A stretch of DNA of 64,000 nt. It comes from Oscillospiraceae bacterium. GTDB taxonomy: Bacteria; Bacillota; Clostridia; Oscillospirales; Ruminococcaceae. The stretch lies in the NCBI GenBank assembly GCA_022793675.1, contig JAAWDH010000020.1:3297-67296 (forward strand). Direction: 5' to 3'. The position numbers and the translations under genes are program-made. Positions 8,301 through 15,887 of the stretch are shown here, piece by piece (the stretch's first letter is position 1; each line of letters opens with the position of its first letter). The notes under the pieces are model-generated. The model was given only the letters and a program-made list of their open reading frames with translations. It did not search any database and was not told the origin of the DNA.

Positions 8301-10616
8301 CACCAGCACATCGTCAATGAAAATCCACACGTCGTCGTCGCCGGTGAACTGGAAGGTCATCGGGACTTGTTTCGACTGGCCGTCTATGACGGAGTTGATT
8401 TTGCCGTTAACCGGCTGCCGGAACTCGACGTCGACTGTCATGCCCAGGTGGTGGTTCATCGAGTTATTGGCGCAGTAGATGCTGCTGGTCAGTTTCCCGT
8501 CGTCGCTTAAACCGTTGAACACTTCCGACGCTTTGTTGAAGGGGAAGAAGTTACCGTAGCTGCTAGGGTTGGTGTTGCGGTCGGTGCGGGTGGTCGCGGG
8601 GGCGTCGTAGAGGATAAATTTGCCGTCGCTGACCCACTTCCCGTCGTCGCCGGTTACTACGCCGCTTTGAAATTCGGCAAAGTTTTTGCGCATATTGTAA
8701 TAGTAATAGCCCTGCTCGTCCAGCTGGAATAGGCCGGTGACATTTTGATAGCTGGTTTTGTTTTCGTGTTTAACCATTGGGTCAAAGAGGTAGTCAAGGG
8801 ATTCGGTGTCGGTTTCAATATTTCCTCCCCAGGTGCCAATTACCGTTTTACTCAGGTTTTGGATGTCTGTTGAAGTATATCGATTTCCCGCTGAGTCGTC
8901 GTGGTCGCCTGTCAAATTGTAGTCCTTAATCAGCGTATAATTTCTATAGCCGTCTTCGCCTTCTTTTTTGCCAGTCAAGGTTTTTTTGGCCATCGGCAGA
9001 TTTAATTCCGGGTATCCATTTTCTGGGAGGATATTTTTTACGATGCCTTCCATACCGGCATACTGTTTGCCGTAGCGGCAGTTTTCGCCTGCGCCTTTAT
9101 TCCAAAGGCCGGCGTGAATCATGCCGTCGCCGAAAAGGAGAAGGTGGCCTTTGTTAATGCCGACGTTCCAGTCGTCTTTTGTTGAATATTTGGTCGGCGT
9201 GTTGCCGAGCGCCCCTTCGCCGCCTTCTTCGTGAAAATGGTTGTCGTTTTTAGGCAGGATATCGCCGTTGGAAGCTTCTGTAGGCTCCTTGGTTTTTGCC
9301 CAATAATCGAAAAGATTTACCGTAACATTGGCCGGATTAGCAGGGGCCACGATATGGTCGGCAGGATTTAAATCACGAATAGTGACTTCAAATGAAAGGA
9401 TATCAGGGTTAGTTGTAGTATCCCCTATATTGTTTGCATGATCTTCTTTGTTCAGGGAATTGACATGGCCTAAATACGTATGTCCATTTTCGGTTTTAGG
9501 TGGAATATAAGCAACGAGGGTAAAGGTGCTTCCATCTTCAAATGTACTAGGGAAATTTTTCCAATCAATATTGACCGATCCCCATATATAGGCGTATTTA
9601 TATAAGACAGGACCATCTTTTGTCATTTCATAAGGCTTCTCAGATTGATCTTCATCTCTAATAAACCCCAAGTATGGCAACCTAGGATCAGCAGAATTGT
9701 CAGGAGGTACCCAGCCTCTAAGTTTATTTGGGAGAATAGTATCTTTTAATATTTTAATTATTTCATCAGAGCTTTTGGCAGATAAATCTTTGATTGCGGC
9801 TATCAGCTTATTTTGCTCCATTTTACTGCCATCACGAGCGAGGAAGTTCCACTGATTAAAAAATTTATATTTGTCGTCATACGTCTCTCCCCCGCCTAAT
9901 TCCAGCTGTACCTGGATTTCCTGCGCAGTTTCCCCTAAGGTATACCCTTCAGGCAGCGCTGCCGTCAGCTGGTAGCTCCCCGCGGCTGCGCCTTCTTCCG
10001 GCAGCTCGCCAAAATCCCATTGTAGGGCGAGCGTTTCTTCTGCGCCGTCCGCCAGTACCGCCAGGATTTCCGCCGGCAGGTATTCCTCCGCCAGCATAGC
10101 CGGGGTGATGTTCCCTTCCTCGCCGGCCCCAGGCATCCCAAGGCCCCAGAACCCGCCCTCCTCGCTCCATTCCAGGTAATCGCTCTCCCAGCTCCAGCTG
10201 GCCACGGCCATTGGGGCGGGCGTTTTATCCGCTGCGCCGGCGTCTTCTTCTGTGCCCATTAGCTTTGCGTCACAAATATCACAGGCGAAAGCGCAGGGGA
10301 TTTCTGCCGCCGCTTCTGCAAAGCCGCAGTTTTCGTCATGGATGTGGGCGCAGCTGCCTTCCGTCCCTTCGATAAACTCGCAGCCCTCGCTGTGCTCGTG
10401 GGCGCAGGGGGAGCTTTCCGCCGCGGGCTGGTAGCCGCAGTCAGCAGTGTGTTCCGGGTGATGGGGGCATTCCCCATCCGGCAGCGCGGCAATGGTCACG
10501 CTGCACAAGGGCGCGGCCAGGATAAAGGCCAACGCCCCTGACAGGATTTTCAGGAACAGGTTTCGATATCGGTTCTTTTTGGCAGTATGCCAGGGATGTC
10601 CGCTGTTTTGTTTCAT
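5325..10616 (-). CDS. giant cell-wall-anchored surface adhesin (fibro-slime/PA14-like domain, SpaA/Cna-B-like folds, Ser/Pro/Glu linker, sortase signal)
   Basis: 1763 aa with an N-terminal signal peptide. [23 protein letters not shown] (8281-8349) is a PA14/fibro-slime hallmark. [10 protein letters not shown]...[14 protein letters not shown] and GFSLYKAE...[14 protein letters not shown] look like prealbumin-like SpaA folds. The C-terminus has LAPKTGD, a TM helix and an RRKQE tail. Confidence 0.9.
   Translation of the reverse strand: [1763 protein letters not shown]
5412..5432 (-). other. sortase sorting motif (L-APKTG-D) of the adhesin
   Basis: The reverse complement reads TTAGCGCCCAAAACCGGAGAT = LAPKTGD. 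It is followed by a hydrophobic helix and a basic tail. This resembles the (S/P)PxTG variant signals of clostridial sortases. Confidence 0.7.
5600..5790 (-). repeat. in-frame tandem SEPS/SSEP low-complexity linker repeats
   Basis: Protein: [48 protein letters not shown]. The DNA shows reiterated 12-nt GAAGGTTCNGAG-like units. Confidence 0.8.
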
Positions 10617-10820
10617 CTGATTGACCTCCCAAATTTATGGAATAGACAAGCTGCAACTTTTTGTGAAATATCCTCCGACATATGCAGAGCGGTATTTTCT
10701 GGATTCATTTAAAATTATAGCATATTCCCTGGCCGGAATCAAGAAGAAATTGTATAAATAAAAGGCTAAAAAGGGCATTTTTTCTCTGTATTCTGCTATT
10801 TTGCAAAGGGTGGGCCAATG

Positions 10821-10862
10821 AAAAAACAGAACCAGAAAGCTGGATTCGGCTTTCTGGTTCTG
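10821..10862 (-). terminator. intrinsic terminator downstream of the 10899-11789 gene
   Basis: 14-bp perfect stem CAGAACCAGAAAGC/GCTTTCTGGTTCTG, followed on the minus strand by TTTTTT. Confidence 0.85.
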
Positions 10863-10898
10863 CCAATATTCTGGCCGCAGCGGGCGATGAAAGGCCTA

Positions 10899-11789
10899 TT
10901 ATAGGAAAATCAATGTTTGGCCAGTGAGTTTCATCTGCGCAGTATCTATAATCCTATAGGATTTTTCCATCTGGGACGCAAAGAAGTCGAAACTGGATTT
11001 CCTATCAAAGATAGAGGTGCTTCTGGCGGGTTCGTCAAGCAGTTTGCCGCCAGTCATCTCCCGATAGGTATTTTCCACATTCTGCTTCATGCCGTCCAGT
11101 ATCCCGGAAGCGTTTTCCAACGCATCCATAATTTCCTGAGGGTCGCCTGACAAATTGGAAAGCCCCAAAGATTCAGCGGAAATGGAATTGAGCTGGTTTT
11201 CCAGGGCTTTTGATGCCAACCCGCCTGACAATTCGTCATATTCATCCACGGTAGCCCGGTGCGGATTTATATGGCTTTGGATAATATCTGTATAGTCTGA
11301 CTGGATGCTTTGCTTGTAATTATGCAGATACGTTTCCGCCAGCTCTTTCGTCATATTGGGGTCGCTATGCGTGCCGGCGCCGTTCAGGTAGTTTTCAAGT
11401 TCGGAAATTTTTGACATGGTGTACTGCAATTTGGATTTTGCGTGGTCGATTATATCAGAGACAGTCTGAATTCCATCCCTCTGTTCCAAAAGCGCGTTTT
11501 CGGCCCATTCCTCTTTGCTGAACATCCCAGCCGCGTATTTCTGATAGCCGGAAGCTGCCTCTGGGTTTTCGGCCTCATCTGTTTTTTGGGCGTCATTGGC
11601 CTTCAGCAATTCCAGTGCCTTCTGGCTCAATTCAATGGTATCGGAGCTTGTTTTTCCGCTATAATTGGCATTTACCTGCTGGATTATCTTTTTTAAGCCG
11701 GAATCCTGCACCTGCCCCATGATTTTTTGCATAGGATTTTGCATTTGCGGCCTAAACATACTTTGGGCGCTTGCCAAATGTATTTGCAT
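10899..11789 (-). CDS. hypothetical helical Q/N-rich protein
   Basis: The ORF-track start at 11855 was replaced by ATG 11789 (MQIHLASAQ...), which is preceded by GAGGAG. GC looks lower than in the neighbours. The gene has its own consensus promoter and terminator. Confidence 0.6.
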   Translation of the reverse strand: MQIHLASAQSMFRPQMQNPMQKIMGQVQDSGLKKIIQQVNANYSGKTSSDTIELSQKALELLKANDAQKTDEAENPEAASGYQKYAAGMFSKEEWAENALLEQRDGIQTVSDIIDHAKSKLQYTMSKISELENYLNGAGTHSDPNMTKELAETYLHNYKQSIQSDYTDIIQSHINPHRATVDEYDELSGGLASKALENQLNSISAESLGLSNLSGDPQEIMDALENASGILDGMKQNVENTYREMTGGKLLDEPARSTSIFDRKSSFDFFASQMEKSYRIIDTAQMKLTGQTLIFL

Positions 11790-11826
11790 AAATGGTTCAC
11801 TCCTCGCGCTTTTATAAGATACCTTA

Positions 11827-11855
11827 ATTATAATATAAGTATCTGTGTTTGTCAA
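11827..11855 (-). promoter_or_regulatory. consensus sigmaA promoter of the 10899-11789 gene, embedded in an inverted repeat
   Basis: Minus strand: TTGACA-17-TATAAT. The IR AGATACTTA...TAAGGTATCT (11817-11844) spans the -10. Confidence 0.7.
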
Positions 11856-11937
11856 TAGGCAAAATTTTAGCCCAAGGCGGCAGCATTTGGAACCTCTTTG
11901 TAGAATTTATTGGCGCAGAAGGCGGTTTTTGAGGGTG

Positions 11938-11992
11938 AATGGGTATCTTGGCAATTGAAAGTTTTACAGGCTTTCTTCAAAAACGCCCCATG
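11938..11992 (-). repeat. degenerate core-B fragment downstream of cysK
   Basis: The reverse complement, GGGGCGTTTTTGAAGAAAGCCTGTAAAACTTTCAATTGCCAAGATACCC, is collinear with CGCTTTTGAAAAAGC..GCAAAACTTTTAATCGCC.GGGTAC. Confidence 0.5.
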
Positions 11993-12010
11993 CCCTTATT
12001 GCGATAGTGT

Positions 12011-12934
12011 TCAGTCAAACATCGCTGTTGACAAATACCGTTCCCCGCTGTCCGGCAGCAGCGCCACGATGACCTTCCCAGCGTTTTCTGGGCGCTTCGA
12101 CAGCGCCATTGCCGCCCAAAGGGCCGCGCCGGAAGAAATCCCCGCCAGTATCCCTTCGGTACGGGCCAGTTCCCGCCCAGCCCAAAAGGCGTCCTCGTCC
12201 CGTACCATGACAATCTCGTCCAAAATAGAGCGGTCCAGCACCGCCGGCACAAAATTTGCGCCGATGCCCTGGATCTTATGGGGGCCGCTGTGGCCTTCGG
12301 ACAGCAGCGGCGACGAAGCCGGTTCCACAGCGACGACCTGGACAGCCGGTTTTTGGCTTTTCAGGTACTTTCCGACCCCTGTGATTGTGCCGCCGGTGCC
12401 GACTCCGGCTACGAAAATATCCACTCCGCCGTCGGTGTCTTTCCAGATTTCCGGGCCGGTGGCGGCAAAATGGGCTGCCGGGTTGGCCGGGTTGTCGAAC
12501 TGCCCGGGGATAAAAGCGTCCGGCAGCTCCGCCGCCAGCGCCTCTGCTTTCTCCACAGCCCCTGCCATACCCTTGGCCCCTTCGGTAAGCACCAGCTCCG
12601 CCCCATAGGCCGCTAGGAGGCTGCGACGCTCGGCGCTCATGGTGTCGGGCATAGTCAGGATGACCCTGTATCCCCGGGCCGACGCCACAGCCGCCAGCCC
12701 AATGCCGGTATTGCCCGAGGTGGGTTCAATGATGACGGCCCCAGGTTTAAGTTTCCCTTCCCGCTCCGCCTGTTTAATCATCGCAAGCGCCGCCCGGTCT
12801 TTGATGCTGCCGGCAGGGTTGAAGGATTCAAGTTTTGCCAGGATTGTAGCCGGGAGATGGTATTTGCGGCTGAAATTGCCGACCTGCAGCAGCGGGGTGC
12901 CGCCGATCAGCTGGTCGATGTTCTGATAAGTCAT
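12011..12934 (-). CDS. cysK: cysteine synthase A (O-acetylserine sulfhydrylase)
   Basis: [16 protein letters not shown]...[12 protein letters not shown]...[10 protein letters not shown] are PLP-dependent CysK signatures. 307 aa. Confidence 0.95.
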   Translation of the reverse strand: MTYQNIDQLIGGTPLLQVGNFSRKYHLPATILAKLESFNPAGSIKDRAALAMIKQAEREGKLKPGAVIIEPTSGNTGIGLAAVASARGYRVILTMPDTMSAERRSLLAAYGAELVLTEGAKGMAGAVEKAEALAAELPDAFIPGQFDNPANPAAHFAATGPEIWKDTDGGVDIFVAGVGTGGTITGVGKYLKSQKPAVQVVAVEPASSPLLSEGHSGPHKIQGIGANFVPAVLDRSILDEIVMVRDEDAFWAGRELARTEGILAGISSGAALWAAMALSKRPENAGKVIVALLPDSGERYLSTAMFD

Positions 12935-12943
12935 AAGGCCCTC

Positions 12944-14233
12944 CTATACTTGTGCAAAGGCATATTCTAGGTCACAGAGGATGTCATCAATGTGTTCGGT
13001 ACCGATGGAGAGGCGGATGGTGTTCGGGCGGATGCCCTGCGCTGCTAGTTCTTCCGGCGAAAGCTGGGAATGGGTGGTGGTGGCTGGATGGATAACAAGA
13101 CTTTTCACATCCGCTACATTGGCTAACAGCGAAAAGACTTGCAGGCTGTCGATAAAGCGATGCGCTTCAGTCTGTCCGCCTTTGATATCAAAGGTAAAGA
13201 TAGAGCCGCCCCCTTTTGGGAAATAGCGCTGGTAAAGGGTATAGTCGGGGTGGTCCGGCAGCGAGGGGTGGCTGACCCTTTCCACTTTGGGATGGCTTGC
13301 CAGGTAAGCCACGACTTTTTTGGTATTTTCAGCATGGCGTTCTAGCCGCAGCGATAGCGTCTCCGTTCCCTGCAGCAACAGAAAGGCGTTAAAGGGAGAG
13401 ATGGCCGCTCCGGTATCCCGTAACAGGATTGCCCGAATATAAGTTACAAAAGCTGCCGGCCCCGCCGCGTCAGCGAAAGACACGCCGTGATAGCTGGGGT
13501 TTGGGGCGGCGATAGGCGCGTATCTGCCGCTGGCTTTCCAGTCAAACCGGCCGCTGTCAACAATAATGCCGCCCAGCGAGGTACCATGGCCGCCGATGAA
13601 TTTGGTAGCTGAATGGACGACAATGTCCGCGCCATGTTCAATCGGGCGGATCAGATAAGGGGTGCCGAAAGTGTTGTCAACAACCAGCGGCAGGCCATGG
13701 CGATGGGCGATTTCAGCGATTGCTCTAATATCTGGGATATCGCTGCCGGGGTTCCCCAGCGTTTCTAGGTAGACCGCCCGTGTGTTGGGACGGATAGCCT
13801 TTTCTAGCGCCGCCAGGTTTCGGGTGTCCACGAAATCGGCTGTAATGCCGAACTGTGGGAAAGTATGGGCAAATAGGTTGTAGCTGCCGCCGTAGATAGT
13901 TTTTTGGGAAACAATATGCCCGCCGGCCTGGGCCAGTGCCTGGATGGCGTAGCTGACTGCGGCGGCTCCGGAGGCTACTGCCAGCGCTGCTGCGCCGCCT
14001 TCTAGCGCGGCGATTCGTTTTTCCAGTACTTCTTGGGTAGGGTTGGTCAATCGGCCGTAGATGTTGCCGGGATCGGTCAGCCCGAAACGGGCGGCAGCAT
14101 GGGCAGAATTATCAAAAACATAAGAAGCGGTCTGGTAAATAGGTACAGCTCGCGCGCCTGTAGCGGGGTCGGGGATTTCTTGTCCCGCATGAAGCTGCAG
14201 GGTTTCAAATCTCAGTTTTCTGGTATCAGACAT
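12944..14233 (-). CDS. O-acetylhomoserine aminocarboxypropyltransferase/sulfhydrylase (Cys/Met PLP family)
   Basis: MSDTRKLRFETLQLHAGQ... and ...HSATKFIGGHGTS (PLP Lys). Start moved to ATG 14233, behind AAGGAAGGG. Confidence 0.9.
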   Translation of the reverse strand: MSDTRKLRFETLQLHAGQEIPDPATGARAVPIYQTASYVFDNSAHAAARFGLTDPGNIYGRLTNPTQEVLEKRIAALEGGAAALAVASGAAAVSYAIQALAQAGGHIVSQKTIYGGSYNLFAHTFPQFGITADFVDTRNLAALEKAIRPNTRAVYLETLGNPGSDIPDIRAIAEIAHRHGLPLVVDNTFGTPYLIRPIEHGADIVVHSATKFIGGHGTSLGGIIVDSGRFDWKASGRYAPIAAPNPSYHGVSFADAAGPAAFVTYIRAILLRDTGAAISPFNAFLLLQGTETLSLRLERHAENTKKVVAYLASHPKVERVSHPSLPDHPDYTLYQRYFPKGGGSIFTFDIKGGQTEAHRFIDSLQVFSLLANVADVKSLVIHPATTTHSQLSPEELAAQGIRPNTIRLSIGTEHIDDILCDLEYAFAQV

Positions 14234-14358
14234 TTTATTCCCTTCCTTTACAGTTGCAAAATGTATGGACGGACAAGGCATTTTTACTTATTCGCCCATT
14301 TCTCCAATTGTGCCGCAAAAGCTTTTCTATATGCCGGAACATTGCGACCCTCCAATAT

Positions 14359-14375
14359 CCTATTAATCCCATAGG
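14359..14375. promoter_or_regulatory. dyad CCTAT-N7-ATAGG just downstream of the -10 (candidate Rrf2/CymR operator)
   Basis: cctattaatcccatagg read directly. The position fits a repressor site. The assignment to Rrf2 is inference. Confidence 0.3.
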
Positions 14376-14390
14376 TTTTATATGCTATAT

Positions 14391-14418
14391 ATTATAACGC
14401 AGTTCTGGGATTTGTCAA
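14391..14418 (-). promoter_or_regulatory. sigmaA-type promoter for the sulfhydrylase-cysK operon
   Basis: Minus strand: TTGACA-16 nt-TATAAT (TTGACAAATCCCAGAACTGCGTTATAAT), about 160 nt upstream of the ATG. Confidence 0.7.
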
Positions 14419-14444
14419 GTGGATACGGCAGTTTTTCCAAATTT

Positions 14445-14891
14445 TTAGTAAACACGGTTGCGGTTCCCTTCAGGTAACGCTTTTCCTGCCTGATCCAACA
14501 AGTCTTTTAACGTTGTGCCGTCCAGGTATTGGTTGATTGCTTCGGAAAGCCCCTGCCAGAAGGGCAAGGTCAGGCAGCCGCTGCATTGGGGGCACTGGTT
14601 TTCCTCGTCGTCCAGGCAGGCCACTGGAACCAGGTTCCCTTCCGTGACCCGCAGGATGTCTCCTACCCGGTATTCTTCCGGCGGCCGGGCGAGGCGATAG
14701 CCCCCTTGTGCGCCCCGGTTGCTTTTCAAAAAACCGGCCTTGGCCAGCAGCCCGACGATCTGTTCCAGATATTTGACCGAGATATGCTGCCGGCGGGAAA
14801 TATCCCGCAGCGAAGTCCATCCCTCTCCCCCTTGGCTGGCCAGATCCAGCATCAGCCGCAGGGCGTACCGGCCTTTGGTCGAGATTTTCAT
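14445..14891 (-). CDS. Rrf2 family transcriptional regulator (CymR/IscR-like, Cys-cluster type)
   Basis: MKISTKGRYALRLMLDLA... is a winged-helix Rrf2 N-terminus. Cys ligand cluster C-x7-C-x2-C-x2-C (CLDDEENQCPQCSGC). Lies upstream of sulfur amino-acid genes. Confidence 0.9.
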   Translation of the reverse strand: MKISTKGRYALRLMLDLASQGGEGWTSLRDISRRQHISVKYLEQIVGLLAKAGFLKSNRGAQGGYRLARPPEEYRVGDILRVTEGNLVPVACLDDEENQCPQCSGCLTLPFWQGLSEAINQYLDGTTLKDLLDQAGKALPEGNRNRVY

Positions 14892-14972
14892 CGGAATCCT
14901 CCTATCTTGTCAGGGCCGAAGCCCTCTTTTCTCTATTATACCAGTAAACCTATAGGATTTCAACTTTTTTAG

Positions 14973-15074
14973 GAATACGACGCTTTAGAGTACGACGCTT
15001 TTTGAAAAAAGCTTAGCAAAAACTTTTAATCGCTAGGGTCATTGAGTAAGCAGCCATAGCCGCCTACTGCGTCG
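14973..15074 (+). repeat. half copy of the modular repeat (A x2 - B - x - H)
   Basis: AATACGACG..AGTACGACG + CTTTTTGAAAAAAGCTTAGCAAAAACTTTTAATCGCTAGGGTC + ...GCCATAGCCGCCTACTGCGTCG. Shares all modules with 28231, 49643 and 56091. Confidence 0.85.
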
Positions 15075-15314
15075 AATGCGCTGTTAGCTGCGGCTCCCAC
15101 ATTTGGAAAACGGGTGCAGTTCAACCAGGTTTTCCCCAGACTTCACCGAGTTTTCCACATCCCATTTCCGACCGTTGGCCCGCATATTCCACCAAAAAGG
15201 CCCTCCATCCCGGATTTTCTCGCTGAAAAGCCAGGACAGAGGACTGATTTATCCCCAATGCGTTGTGATATTCTATAACTTTAATTTTTTGACCAGGGGC
15301 GCTGGTATCATGCC

Positions 15315-15872
15315 TTATTCTGCGAATTGCGCCGGGTTCCGCAAAGCCTCTGCTTCTGTTTGTGAAAGTTTTACGGCAAGGTCCAGCAGGGCGTCTTTTG
15401 CCAGCCCAGGCAGCAGCGGTACCGCGCCGGGGAAGACATCCAGCTTCGCGGCGTCGCTGCCTTCGCAGACGCTGAAGCGGAGCAATTCCTTGTAATCCCG
15501 CTTGGCTTCAGGGCTTTGCCCAGCTTTCAGTGTTTCTTCCTGCCAGAACGCGTAGGTGTATAGGAGGTTTTCCTCTGTGGTATCCCAGATGCCGGTTCCG
15601 TCGGTATCGCTGAGGAGCAGTTCGTCCAGGGCCTTGATTTGGGCTGCATCGGCGATAACGTATAGTTCGTTGCCGTCGGCGTCTAGGACTTGCCAGTAGT
15701 GCTGCTTGGCGCTGCTGATGTCAATTTGTTCCAGCGCTTCCAGCTCGCTCATAGCGCCGCCCAGCTGCTCCGTGACGTTGTGGAATAAGACGCCGCTGCA
15801 GGCGTTAAGGAGCAGGTTCAGGGGTACCAGGTAGGCAAGGATTTTCAAAAAGTTCTTCAAAAGCCATTTCAT
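15315..15872 (-). CDS. putative secreted/lipoprotein, last gene of the YtrA-ABC operon
   Basis: 185 aa. N-terminal hydrophobic signal with LLNAC (imperfect lipobox). Confidence 0.55.
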   Translation of the reverse strand: MKWLLKNFLKILAYLVPLNLLLNACSGVLFHNVTEQLGGAMSELEALEQIDISSAKQHYWQVLDADGNELYVIADAAQIKALDELLLSDTDGTGIWDTTEENLLYTYAFWQEETLKAGQSPEAKRDYKELLRFSVCEGSDAAKLDVFPGAVPLLPGLAKDALLDLAVKLSQTEAEALRNPAQFAE

Positions 15873-15887
15873 GGGTAAGCCTCCTTG

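Noticed and set aside
14234-14390. SAM-I (S-box) riboswitch or T-box in the sulfhydrylase-cysK leader
   Set aside because: I could not find the conserved S-box core or the T-box sequence. There is also no obvious terminator/antiterminator pair.
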